64,000 bases of DNA. Origin: the human T2T-CHM13v2.0 reference genome, Homo sapiens. Below the pieces are notes generated by a model that ran no database searches, was not told the origin of the DNA, and was given only the letters and a program-made list of their open reading frames with translations. Shown piece by piece: positions 21,677 to 64,000 of this stretch. The number at the start of each line of letters is the position of its first letter. Positions within the stretch are counted from its first letter, which is position 1. The stretch lies in the NCBI RefSeq assembly GCF_009914755.1, contig NC_060946.1. One strand, 5' to 3'. The position numbers and the translations under genes are program-made.

Positions 21677-22088
21677 TTATTTTGAGACAGAATCTCACTC
21701 TGTTGTCCAGGCTGGAGTGCAGTGGTGCAATCTCGGCTCACTGCAAACTCCGCTTCCTGGGCTCAAGCCTGATTCTCCTGGCTCAGCCTCCTGAGTAGCT
21801 GGGAATACAGATGCACACCGCCACACCCAGCTAATTTTTGTATTTTTGGTAGAGATGGGATTTCACCATGTTGGCCAGGCTGGTCTCGAACTCCCGACCT
21901 TAGGTGATCTGCCCATCTGGTCTCCCAAAGTGCTAGGATTACAGGCATGAGCAACTTTGCCTGGTCTTTTAATGTTTAAAATTACAGCTTTTTGATTTGT
22001 GATGGATTTATCTGTGAATTTTTATTTTTCTCTTTATAAACTGGGATTATAGTTGTGTTCAACTCTGTATTACTGGAGCATTTAATAA

Positions 22089-22211
<123 letters not shown>

Positions 22212-22587
22212 TGAAGTAACTGGGACTACAAGTGCGTGCCACCACGCCCAGCTAATTTTTGTATTTTTAGTAGAGACAGGGTTTCACCACGTTGGCCAGG
22301 ATGGTCTCAATCTCTTGACCTCGTGATCCGCCTGCCTTGGCCTTCCAAAGTGCTGGGATTATAGGTATGAGCCACCACGCCCGACTGCATTTAATAATCT
22401 TATAATATTTTAGTGGAAGGAAATTTAGAAACAGGTTTTTGAAATAATTTATTAAAATGTGTTAAACTATAGGGTGTTTTGGTTTTCGTTCTGTGAGGTT
22501 AGAGAATACAGTATAAGTGTGATACTCTAAATTAGTATATCTAATGTGAGTGCTAGGAATTTCTTTTTTTTTTTTTTTTCTTTTTGA

Positions 22588-22746
<159 letters not shown>

Positions 22747-23572
22747 TAGTAGAGACGAGGTTTCACCATGTTGGCCAGGATGGTCTCGATCTCCTAACCT
22801 CGTGATCCACCCACCTCGGCTTCCCAAAGTGCTGGGATTACAGGCATGAGTCACCACACCCAGCCTAGGAATTTCTTTTTAAATAGGCATCCAAAGTAAT
22901 TTGATGGGACAAGTTTGGGAAACAAATACAAAAGACTGTCATGTTGCTGCATATTTGCTTTACATAAGAACTAATAGTAGGATTTTTTTTTTTTTTTTTT
23001 TTGGAGGCAGAGTCTCACTCTGTCACACAGGCTGGAGTGCAATCTAGGCTCACCGCAACCTCTGCTTTCTCGGTTCAAGCGATTCTCATGCCTCAGCCTC
23101 CTGAGTAGCTGGGATTACAGGCACACACCATCACGCCTGGCTAATTTTTTTATTTTTAGTAGAGACAGGGTTTCACCATGTTGGCCAGGCTGGTCTCTAA
23201 CTCCTGGCCTCAAGTAATCCACCCACCTTGGCTTCCCAAAGTGCTGGGAAGTATAGGCGTGAGCCACCATGCCTGGTTTATAGTAGGATTTAATAGCTGC
23301 TGTGTACCTTCTGATTATGTTTCATAAAATGTGTCTAATTCCTACAATATAATCAGCACTGGTAGCATTCTGGAACTTGGACTGGTACTTGTAATAGAAA
23401 TCTGGTTTAGAAAAGAAAATGAACCATATATTGTAGAATTGTGGATATACATTTGTTGTTAAAGGTTCATGGATGTTTTATTTGTGGCTGGTTTTGGAGA
23501 TGACACCAAATGAATACATAAACACAGCATGAAGTTAGTCTAGGTTTCCTTAGGCTGTTTGGCTAGCAACCA

Positions 23573-23893
23573 CAGTTGGCCCTCTTTATCCAGTTTCCAT
23601 ATCTCTGCAGATTCCACCAGTCTTGATTGGAGAATATTTAGGGAAAAAAACACAAATAACAATAAAAACAATACAAATGATACCAATACAGTATAACAGC
23701 TATTTAATGGCATTTACATTGTCTTAGGTATTATAAGTAATCTAGAAATGACTTAAAAGTATATGAGAGGGAGGAAGTGAGTAGGTTATATACAAATACC
23801 ACACCATTTTGTATAAGGAACTTGAGCATCTGAGGATTTTGGTATCCACAGGTATCCTGGAACCAATCCCACATGGGTACCAAGGGACAATTC
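23573..23893 (-). mobile_element. MER2-like (TcMar-Tigger) DNA transposon
   Basis: Matches the reverse of remembered MER2 (ggtattataagtaatctaga...aaaagtata...ggttatat...aaatac...ccatttt...acttgagcatc...gattttggtatcc...cctggaaccaatccc); degenerate terminal inverted repeats, ending before TA. Confidence 0.75.
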
Positions 23894-23900
23894 TACTTGA

Positions 23901-24308
<408 letters not shown>

Positions 24309-24503
24309 TAGCAATTTTTATAGTTAAGATCATCTATGTATTTACTCACTTCTGGATACCAAGAACACTTGTACTAACTTGAATTTTAAGAGGTCCTATT
24401 AGATAAAATTCAATGAGTAAAGGTAACTATATGTCCCTCTCATCATTTGAAAAGAATCTTGAAATATCTGTCTTTTTTTTTTTTTTTTTTTTTTTTGAGA
24501 TAG

Positions 24504-24915
<412 letters not shown>

Positions 24916-25701
24916 TAGTAGAGACGGGGTTTCACCGTGTTAGCCAGGCTGGTTTCGATCTCCTGACCTTGTGATCCGCTCGCCTTGGCCTCCCAAAGTT
25001 CTGGGGTTACAGGCATGAGCCACTGCACCTGGCCTAATTTTTGTATTTTTAGTGGAGACGGGGTTTCACTGTGTTGGCCAGACTGGTCTCGAACTCCTGA
25101 CCTCGTGATCCGCCTGCCTTGGCCTCCCAAAGTGCTTCTACAAAAGCTTTAGGTGATGGTCCCGCGTCATAATTACCTTTCATCCAATCTAGCTTTTTTT
25201 TCCCCCCGTCCATTCTCAAAACTGACAAATTTGCTTCTTTCAGTACTCTGGATCTGTGATACTACAAAAACCACCTTGTTTTGCTACCGTATCCTTCCGT
25301 ATTACTAGTGTTAGTGTTTTCACCTCTGCATTCCTCTCACCTAGTACATTACCTGGCATATAGTAAATATGTGTTGAATAAATACAGTTAAGGTCTAAGA
25401 GGAAGTGAAGACGGTGTACCCAATTAAGTGGTTGTGCTGTTACCTAGCTGTATGATTTTAGGCAAATAAATTGTTCTTGTTTCTCCATCTATAAAATTTT
25501 CATTCAAGTATAGAGGATTACTGTGACAACACATAGAAAAATGCTTTAGAAACAGATGTCACGAAGATGTAATTTATATATGATGTTTATTAGAAATGCC
25601 AAAGTCCCTCCGGGCGCAGTGGCTCACGCCTGTAATCCTAGCACTTTGGGAGGCCAAGGTGGGCGGATCGGGAGATAAGGAGATCGAGACCATCCTGGCT
25701 A

Positions 25702-25923
<222 letters not shown>

Positions 25924-26163
25924 TTATTAGACACTGCAGAATGTTGCAAAGGAAGTGGGTGTCCTCTCCCATTTTGTGCTTAGAGACATAACCCTGTAGT
26001 AGTGCTGTGGAGTTTACACTTGGCCTGTTATCAATACCTTTGTCCTATAATTTAATATAAATGTGCTAGTTATATAATAGTGTTCTTGGGATCTGACTTT
26101 TCCCCATTTAACCATAGTCCTGAAGGAGCTGCTGCATTGCTACACAACTGGAAGCTCAAGCTA

Positions 26164-26499
<336 letters not shown>

Positions 26500-26714
26500 T
26501 CATGATTAAGATTGCATTTATAATTACACAATCAGGTTTTGTAAGAAAATTTGAGGAACATTAGGCTAAAAATCAAATTTGGAAACTTAGTGATTTGTAG
26601 TTTGTCTCTGGCTTTTGGGTTGGCAAACGACTTCAGTGATGTGGATTCTTGATAAATACAACAAATTTGAATACAACAAATTAGAGAATATCAATTTTTT
26701 TTTCTTTTAATTAG

Positions 26715-27164
<450 letters not shown>

Positions 27165-28485
27165 TAATTTAAAGCATTTATTCAAAATGTAAATACTTTC
27201 TTCTTCCTGCTACCAAAGAAATACTGAGACTTTTTTATTTTCTAGCAAAAGAGGGTTGTTGCTAAAGAGACTTTTTTTTTTGAGACGAAGTCTTGCTCTG
27301 TCGCCCAGGCTGTAGGGCAGTGGCACGATCTTGGCTCACTGCAACCTCTGCCTCCCGGGTTCAAGTGATTCTCCTGCCTCAGCCTCCTGAGTAGCTGGGA
27401 TTACAGGCACCTGCCACCATGTCTGGCTAATTTTTGTATTTTTAGTAGAGACCGGGTTTCACCATGTTGGCCAGGCTGGTCTTAAACTCCTGACCTTAGG
27501 TGATGCACCCGCCTCGGCCTCCCAAAGTGCTGGGATTACAGGCGTGAGCCACTGTGCCTGGCCGCTGAAGAGACTTCCAAAAGCTTAGATTGTTATTAAT
27601 TTTATCTATTCTCCCCTCTTTTTTTTCTTTTCTTTTTTTTTTTTTTTTTGAGATGGAGCTTTGCTCTGTCGTCCAAGTTGGAGTGCAATGCGTAATCTTG
27701 GCCCACTGCAGCCTCCGCCTCCCTGCTCTGAGCGATTCTCCTGCCTCAGCCTCCTGAGTAGCTGGGATTACAGGCGCCTGCCATCATGCCCAGCTAATTT
27801 TCATATTTTTGAAGAGATGGGGTTTCACCATGTTGGCCAGGCTGGTCTCGAACTCCTGACCTCAGGTGATCTGCCCGTCTCAGCCTCCCAAAGTGCTGGG
27901 ATTACAGGCATGAGCCACTGCGCTCGGCTGACTCTTCTTATTTTCATTCTTCTTGACATGTTACTACGTTTGACACAGTTGTTCACTGCCTTCTTATTGA
28001 AGTGCCTCCCTGACTTCTGTGATTACAGTCTTTCCTGGTTTTCTTTCTACCTTTCTGTTTCAATCTGGACTGAAAGGGTTCCTCTTCCAGCTTCTCATCT
28101 TTTGACTACCCCTTAAATGTTAGTGGATTCTAATGTGTTCTTTTTAAGATTATACCAGTATTTTTGAACATGTTTTGTAGCCTATGTCTCCTTTATTAAA
28201 AATAAGGTAAATAAAAATTTCTGTGGCTCCTATTCTGGTGGCATTGGCGGTGGGAGGCACGTTATTTTTCCTTCTTGTCCCAGCACTGAGAATCACTGCT
28301 GCAAAGAAGACTGAAAATTTACTGAGCCTTACCTTCTATAGTCTGTAGTCTAAAAATAATAGGTGATTTTCCTTTTCCAAGTCTGAAAGTATATTGAATA
28401 TTCTTTTACAAACTATAGTCCCTCTGACATTTTGACACACCCCTCCCATTGAAAATCACTGTTCATTCACATTGGTTTTTTTTAA

Positions 28486-28995
<510 letters not shown>

Positions 28996-29442
28996 TGATC
29001 TACCCGCCTTGGCCTCCCAAAGTGCTAGGATTATAGGCGTGAGCCATGGCGCTGGGCCATTCAGTCTTCTTAGGTAATTTGATTGACTTATACAGAATAC
29101 TTAGAATTTTGTATCTCCAGCCTAGACCTATTTATTTATTTATTTATTTATTTTTTTGAGACGGAGTCTTACTCTGTTGCCCAGGCTGGAGTGCAATGAC
29201 CGATCTCAGCTTACTGCAAGCTCCGCCTCCCAGGTTCAATTGATTTTCCTGCCTCTGCCTCCCGAGTAGCTGGGATTACAGGTGCCTGCCACTGTGCCCG
29301 GCTAATTTTTGTATTTTTAGTAGAGACGGGTTTTCACCATGTTGGCCAGGCTGGTCTCGAACTCCTGACCTCATATGATCTACCTGCCTCAGGCTCCCCA
29401 AAGTGCTGGGATTACAGGCGTGAGCCACTGCGTCCAGCCTAG

Positions 29443-29611
<169 letters not shown>

Positions 29612-29822
29612 TAATTTTTTCTGTTTTTAGTAGAGACAGGGCTTCACTGTGCTAGCCAGGATGGTCTGGATTTCCTGATTGCGTGATCCACCTGCCTTGG
29701 CCTCCCAAAATGCTGGGATTACAGGTGTGAGCCACCACCCCTGACTTCTTAAAGACCTTTATATCCAACTGCTTGTTCTGTATCACTACCTGGATGACCT
29801 GTAGGTACTTGAAAATTCAGTG

Positions 29823-30956
<1,134 letters not shown>

Positions 30957-31396
30957 TATACCCTAAAGTGATTTCCTTATCCTTCCCAAAACCGACTCTT
31001 CCTATATTATCTGATTTAAGAAATAGGAGTAATACCACTTACCTTACAGCTTCCTGGGTCACTCTCTCATTGAGTTAACCAATAGATCTTTGAATTCCTA
31101 ACCTTTTTCCTATCCATCCTTCCCTTTTCAGTGTTCTGTTCCTATGCTAGTTCATGCCTTCTTACATCTCTTGCTGAGGTTTTTCCATATTCTCGTAACT
31201 TGTCTCCTTGCGTCTACTCTTCAGTCTGTCTTCCTTACCACCTCCAGTATGATTTTTTTTTTTTTTTTTTTTTTGAGACAGGGTCTTGCTTTGTCACTCA
31301 GGCTGCAGTGCATTGGTATGTGATCATAGCTCCTTGTAACCTCAAGCTCCTGGGCTCAAGTGATCCTCCTGCCTTATCAGCCTCCCAAGTAACTAG

Positions 31397-31570
<174 letters not shown>

Positions 31571-31790
31571 TAGCCATTTTATTTTGTATATTTGAAATTC
31601 TTTTTCTATTTTTAAAAATTGTTTATCATTCTAGGATATTTATCTTAGTTTGCTTATCACAGATGTTAAATTTTGCCGACATTGCCTCTTTTTCCAGTCT
31701 GTATTTTTGTTATAAGTATTTTTGGTTTCCTATGAAAACTCCTGAGGTCTGGTGATTTATCATGTTTGTCTTCATGTCTAATGCCTATAG

Positions 31791-31985
<195 letters not shown>

Positions 31986-32045
31986 TGAGTAGCTGGCATT
32001 ATAGGTGTGCACCAGATGCCTGGCTAATTTTTAACATTTATTTAG

Positions 32046-32417
<372 letters not shown>

Positions 32418-32781
32418 TGATCCGCCCGCCTCGGCCTCCCAAAGTGCTAGGATTACAGGTGTGAGCCACCGCACCTGGCCTGTCTTCTCTTTTTTTAAGA
32501 CAGGGTCTTGCCCTGTTTCCCAGGCTGGTGTGCAGTGGTGCAATTATAACTCACTGCAGTCTTGACCTCCTGGGCTCAAGCAATCCTCCCGCCTCAGCTT
32601 CCTGAGTAACTGGGACCATAGGCAGGCCCTACCACGCCCAGCTAATGTTTTAAATTTTTTTGTAGAGATGGAGTCTTGCTATATTGCCCAGGCTGGTCTT
32701 GAACTGCTGGACTCAAGCAGTCCTCCCACCTCGGCCTTCTAAAGTTCTGGGATTACATGCGTGAGCCACCATGCATTGCCT

Positions 32782-33184
32782 GTATCCTTATTTTATAAGC
32801 TTTTTTCTGTTTTTAAATTTTCTTTTTTTTTCCTTTTCCTTTTAAACTGTTTTCCTAAAAACTAAGACACAAACAGACTCATTAGCCCAGGCCTACACAG
32901 AGTCAGGATTATTAATATCACTGTCTTCTACCTCCACATCTTGTCCCACTGGACAGTCTTCAGAGGCAGTAACACCCATGGAGTTGACATTTCCAGTAAC
33001 AATGCCTTCTGGAATCCCTCCTGGAGGACCACCTGCCCTGAGGCTTTACAGTTCACTTTTTTTTTTTTTTTAAATAAGCAGGAGTATACTCTAACAATAA
33101 AAAGTGTAGTAAATACATAAACCAGTAAGTCATCTAGTATTATCAAGTATTATGTACTGCATGTAATTGTATGTGCAGTACTTT
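32782..33184 (+). mobile_element. Tigger3 (GOLEM/MER7)-like fragment, 3' end missing
   Basis: aaactaagacacaaaca...cattagcccaggcctacacagagtcaggat...atcactgtcttctacctccacatcttgtcccactgg...aatgccttctggaat...agtaaatacataaaccagtaa matches remembered Tigger3 text. Confidence 0.7.
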
Positions 33185-33467
33185 TTTTTTTTTTTCTTTG
33201 AGAGGGAGTCTTGCTCTGTCGCCAGGCTGGAGTGCAGTGGCTTGAACCCAGGAGGCAGAGGTTGTGGTGAGCTGAGATTGCGCCACTGCACTCCTGCCTG
33301 AGCGACAAGAGCAAGACTCTACCTCAAAAGAGTTGCACAAGACATTTTGGTGTGAAACAACTGTTAAAGTGGCATGTAATAAACTTTAAACTGAAAAAAT
33401 TACTTTTTTGTTCTTAGGTTTTACACATCCATAAGTAGACCTTTTTGGAGCCTCACCAGCCAATTCA

Positions 33468-33588
33468 ATGGCGTCCTCTTCTACTGTGCCTCTGGGATTT
33501 CACTATGAAACAAAGTATGTTGTTCTCAGCTACTTGGGACTCCTCTCTCAAGAGAAGCTGCAAGAGCAACATCTTTCCTCACCCCAAG
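33468..33588 (+). CDS. BCL2L13: Bcl-2-like protein 13 (Bcl-rambo), coding part of exon 2 (exon 33418-33588)
   Basis: Acceptor ttttttgttcttag|GTT at 33417/33418. ATG 33468 gives [40 protein letters not shown](G), the known BCL2L13 N-terminus. Donor AAG|gtatta, phase 1. Confidence 0.97.
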
Positions 33589-33716
33589 GTATTATCTTTG
33601 GCTTATGGTGGTTATAGTAAATTGTAATAAGGACTTTATATATAAAAGTATATGTATCTAATTTATATGTGTGGTTATCAAATAGTACTAATAAGCCTGT
33701 AAGAATAACCTGTTAG

Positions 33717-42042
<8,326 letters not shown>

Positions 42043-43400
42043 TGGCAGTCAAATCTTAAAGCTTCAAAATGACCTTTGACTCCATGTCTCACATCCAGGT
42101 TGTGCTGATGCAAGAGGTGGGTTCCCATGGCCTTGGAGAGCTCCACCTGTGTGGCTTTGCAGCATATATAGCCACCCCCCCGGCTCCTTTCACAGACTGG
42201 CATTGAGTGTCTGTGGCTCTTCCCGGTGCACAGTGCAAGCTGTCAGTGGATCTACCATTCTGGGGTCTGGCGAACAGTGGCCTTCTTCTCACAGCTCCAC
42301 TAGGCAGTGCCTCAGTGGGGACTCTGTGTGTGGGTTCCCACCCCACATTTCCCTTCTGCACTGCCCTAGCAGAGGTTTTCCATGAGGGCTCCACCCCTAT
42401 AGCACACCTCTGCATGGACATCCAGGCATTTCCATACATCTTCTGAAATCTAGGCAGAGGTTCCCAAACCTCGGTTCTTGACTTGTGTGCACCTGCAGGC
42501 CCAACACCATGTGGAAGCTGCCAAGGCTTAGGACTTTCACCCCCTGAAGCCATTTCCCGAGCTGTACCTTGGCCCCTTTAGCCACGACTGGAGTGGCTGG
42601 GATGCAGGGCACCAAGTCCAGAGGCTGCACACAGCAGGAGGGGGCCCTGGCCCTGGTCCAGGAAACTATGTTTCCCTCCTAGGACTGTGATGGGAGGAGC
42701 TGCTTGGAAGGTTTCTGACATGCTTTGGAGACATTTTCTCCATTGTTTTGGCAATTAGCATTTGGCTTCTTGTTACTGGTGCAAATTTCTGTATCAGGCT
42801 TGAATTTCTCCCTAGAAAATGGAGTTTTCTTTTCTACTGCATCATCAGACTGCACATTTTTCAAACTTTTATGCTTTGCTTCCTCTTGAAGCTTTGTTGC
42901 TCAGAGATTTCTTCTGCCAGATACCCTAAATCATCTGTCTCAGGTTTAAAGTTCCACAGATCTCTAGGGCAGGGGCAAAACGCCACCAGTCTCTTTGCTA
43001 AAACATAGCAAGAGTCACCTTTGTTCCAGTTCCCAATAAGTTCCTTATCTCCATCTGAGACCACCTCAACTTGGACTTTATCGCCCATATCACTGTCAGC
43101 ATTTTGGTCAAAACCATTCAATAAGTCTCTAGGAAGTTCCAGACTCTCCCACATTTTTCCTGTTGTTTCCTGAGCCTTCCACACTGTTCCAACTTCTGCC
43201 TGTTTGTTACCCATTTCCAAAGTTGCTTCACATTTTCGGGTATGTTTAAGCAGTGCCCCACTCCCAGTACCAATTTTCTGTATGAGAACAGTATGGGGGA
43301 AATCACCCCCATGATTTGTTTCCACCTGGCCCCGCCCTTGACACATGGGGATTATTACAATTCAAGGTGAGATTTGGGTTGGGACACAGCCAAACCATAT
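42043..43400 (-). mobile_element. THE1-family ERVL-MaLR: internal region (42043-43278) and internally deleted 5' LTR (43279-43400)
   Basis: Minus-strand translation ...MWESLELPRDLLNGFDQNADSDM...VVSDGDKELIGNW...LAKRLVAFCPCPRDLWNF... is typical THE1/MST-int; LTR end aattcaaggtgagatttggg...ggacacagccaaaccatat. Confidence 0.88.
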
Positions 43401-43404
43401 TTGC

Positions 43405-48120
<4,716 letters not shown>

Positions 48121-48129
48121 CTCAAATCA

Positions 48130-57320
<9,191 letters not shown>

Positions 57321-57588
57321 GTTTGGCTCTTTTTATCCTAAATTTTTTGTTTAAATGTTCTGTAGTACTGAAATCACCTGAAAGTAGAAGAAAAAAAAAT
57401 TATTCAAGAAAGAATATTTTTGCAATGTAGGGAGAGCTTGAGCTTTTTATATAAGCTTTTAAAGCTTTAAAAGGAACTGTGCTGTTTTACCCCCAAATTT
57501 GCCCACTTTGAATTCAGGAGAAACGTTTTGGTCTCCTTTATGTTCTAGTCTCTGGATACAAATGTTTTCTTTGTTCGTTTTTTCCCCT

Positions 57589-58781
<1,193 letters not shown>

Positions 58782-59529
58782 CCTCCATGCCCCGCGATTA
58801 CTCGTCTTGATCTGTCTCCTGGAGCCTTTTAGTGGTTGGTGATCATTGGCCCTGCTCATTAAGTCAGGTTACCCAATAGTACAAAACTGTAGTACATTAG
58901 CCAAATGAAAGAGGACTATATTATGCAGTGGGTGTGAGTATGTGAATTCAGGGACGGGGAAAGAAGGAGAATTAGATGGGCTGGGCGCAGTGGCTCACAC
59001 CTGTAATCCCAGCACTTTGGGAGGCCGAGGCAGGTGGATCACGGGGCCAGGAGATCGAGACCATCCTGGCTAACACGCTGAAACCCTGTCTCTACTAAAA
59101 ATACAAAAAATTAGGCGGGTGTGGTGGCGGGCGCCTGTAGTCCCAGCTACTTGGGAGCAGGAGAATGGCGTGAACCTGGGAGGCGGAGCTTACAGTGAGC
59201 AGAGCTTGCGCCACTGTACTCCAGCCTGGGGGACAGAGCGAGACTCCGTCTGAAAAAAAAAAAAAGGAAAATTAGATGGTAATTAGTAAAGAGTTTAAAC
59301 CAAGGCTTATAGAGGTCCTGAGAGGGTCCATGAATGCCCTAAAATTGCTTGCCAAACATTGTGGGAGGAGGGGCCATTATTTTATTGACATTCTCTTAAG
59401 AGCCTGAAATCTCAAAAAGCCCAAGAACAAGAACTGCTGTGCTGTGATCACTGTCATAGAGGCAGGCTTGGACTTTGGGGTGTTTGATTTAATATAGTCC
59501 ATGCTTGCAAGAATGGCGAGAGGCGACAT

Positions 59530-59790
59530 TGTGCAGGGGTTAGGGCCCAGACCCTGAAAGTTGACTGCCTGGGTTTGTATCTGAGCTCTGCTGTTGGTGC
59601 ACCCTTGGTCACATTTCTTCCCTGTGTCTTGGTTTTTCACCTGCAAACTGAGGATAATAGTAATACCTATCTCAAAGGGTTGTTATGAGCATTTTATGAG
59701 CATATGTGTATATACACATACATACATACGTACGTACATGTACATACAAAGTGCTTAGTATAGTGCCCCCAGCACTTGATATTAGCCATT
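59530..59790 (+). mobile_element. MIR with an embedded purine-pyrimidine alternating tract
   Basis: ctgcctgggtttgtatc...ccttggtcacatttctt...ctgtgtcttggtttttcacctgcaaactgaggataatagtaatacctatctcaaagggttgttatgag...aaagtgcttagta is the MIR core. Confidence 0.75.
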
Positions 59791-60676
59791 ATTGTGTATT
59801 GTTATCACTAAAACTAACTTGGGTGAAATTGGACTGTCAAATGACAGAGGTGCTGCTTTCAGGCTTCAGCAGTATCTTTTTTTGTACCTTAGTACTTGCA
59901 AAGATATATAATTATCTTGCTGTATTTAGAAAACTTAGTAGCAAAATAGAATTAACCAGTAATAAGCATGAGAGACTGGTGATGAGCATAACTCATAAAT
60001 CTAATGTGATTGGTACAAAGAAATCGTTATGCCCACAGTGGTGGAATTTTAGCCTCAGTTGTGTGCTTTGTGGACTTAAGCAGCAGTCAACTAACTGTTG
60101 TGGGCAGGGTTGGGGGAAGAAAAGAAAGAAAATTACAAAGCATGTATAAAATGCTAGAAGTATATCATCTAAAAATGTGTCCAAAAGTGAGATACAATTA
60201 GGGATCTATATAATTTGAAGTGGGGGGAATGGACATCTCCCACCACCACTGAAATATTAATAGCATGAATTCTTTTTGTTTTTATCATATTCCATCTTCA
60301 TACTTTTTAAAAAGGATACATTGTCTACAAAAAGAGAGGACTGGCCCGACTTATTGATACATCTTTCCCAACCTCCTCTTGAGTTAATGTGTTTCTGAAG
60401 ATTCAGCTCAATTTCCCTGTTTCTGGCAGAAACATCTGGAAAGGTGGAGACTTACTCACTCTCAATCCATAGGCCCAAATATTTCTACTAAAGGTTGTTT
60501 TTGATTTTTGTTTTTTAATTATTGCAAAAAGGATTTCCTCCCGTCCCTAATTTTGATAATGAATTTTGATTTTGCATTTTTTGGCTTAACAAATTGCTAT
60601 TGTAGGGCTGGGTGCAGTGGCTTACGCCTGAAATCCCAGCACTTTGGGAGGCCGAGGCAGGCGGATCACAAGGTCA

Positions 60677-61075
<399 letters not shown>

Positions 61076-61597
61076 GTCTGTTTATTCTTATTTTTCTAGT
61101 TAATAAGCAGATTGTGTTTGTTATGGTTTACTGTTGGTTTAATTTGATTTTTACAGTGGGGTATTCTCAACAGTTAACAACTTACACCAATTATACATTG
61201 GTAGAAGTTTATAAGGGTAAAACTAGAAGGTAGCCTTTTTTCTTTCCTGGAGGATATGTTGATGGAAGTTCCCCAACTATACCTAACAGGTTAGATGTAG
61301 CAGTTTCTCATGTTAAGTATCGGATAAATGATCATGTTAAGGTTCTTTCCATTCACTATGGTTTGATTTGTATTTAGTATTACCTTTATAAGTAATAACG
61401 ACATAAAAAGGAAAAAGTAAGCATACGCTTTTATTTTTGCATACATATATACTATAGATAACTGTAATTATAATGTACATTCAACTTTATAGCCATTTTA
61501 TTTTGCACTTAACATTACAACATAAACTTTAAAAATAGTTACTCTACTAACTGCGTGAAATTTCATTCACTGAATAAATGTTTTTACTCAGTCATTC

Positions 61598-61633
<36 letters not shown>

Positions 61634-61859
61634 TTCAGAGACAGGGTCTTGCTCTGTTGCCCAGGCTGGAGTGCAGTAGTGAGCACTGGGATTACAGGTG
61701 TAAGCCACCATGCCTGGCCTGTTCCCTTGTTATTGAGGGGAGCATTTGGATTATTATTCCTTTTTTCACTGGACGACGACTACACAGCATTTGCATTATT
61801 TCCGGTTTTGTCTTCCATAGGTAATGCTGCACTGAACATCTTACCCAATGATATAAATA

Positions 61860-64000
<2,141 letters not shown>

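Noticed and set aside
33418-33467. N-terminal extension of BCL2L13 read through exon 2
   Set aside because: The in-frame TAA at 33432-33434 blocks it.
42089-43346. 154-aa and 161-aa minus-strand ORFs
   Set aside because: Decayed THE1/MaLR internal sequence, broken across frames; nothing suggests a domesticated gene.
59706-60149. 147-aa ORF
   Set aside because: Starts in a low-complexity tract inside a MIR; no splice or homology support.

Overview
This is a human (primate) genomic window, very Alu-dense (roughly half of it by eye), recognisable as the head-to-head ATP6V1E1 / BCL2L13 locus (chr22q11.2 from prior knowledge). The minus strand holds the promoter and first coding exon of ATP6V1E1 (MALSDADVQKQ, 6347-6379), with intron 1 running off the left edge. 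The plus strand holds BCL2L13 (Bcl-rambo): a CpG-island promoter and exon 1 (donor at 16644), exon 2 with the canonical start (33418-33588, ATG 33468) and exon 3 (60968-61075); the rest of the gene lies to the right. The remainder is intronic/intergenic: on the order of 100 Alu copies or fragments, L1 pieces, MaLR (THE1, MST) and ERV1 LTRs, Tigger-type DNA transposons and microsatellites. Almost all ORFs in the supplied track are Alu or LTR read-throughs. I see no evidence of a wholly new gene system. The most interesting signals are regulatory or structural: (1) BCL2L13 exon 2 acts as a switch that either terminates an exon-1 ORF or is skipped to give a different N-terminus; (2) a strong-Kozak 6-codon uORF; (3) a fused inverted-Alu hairpin about 90 nt upstream of the exon-2 acceptor; (4) MiT/TFE-type motifs in a probably bidirectional ATP6V1E1 promoter; (5) GATA/TAL1-type motif clusters in intron 2; (6) a non-Alu ~146-bp duplication and several repair or nesting scars. 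Repeat subfamily names come from remembered consensus sequences, and repeat boundaries are approximate.
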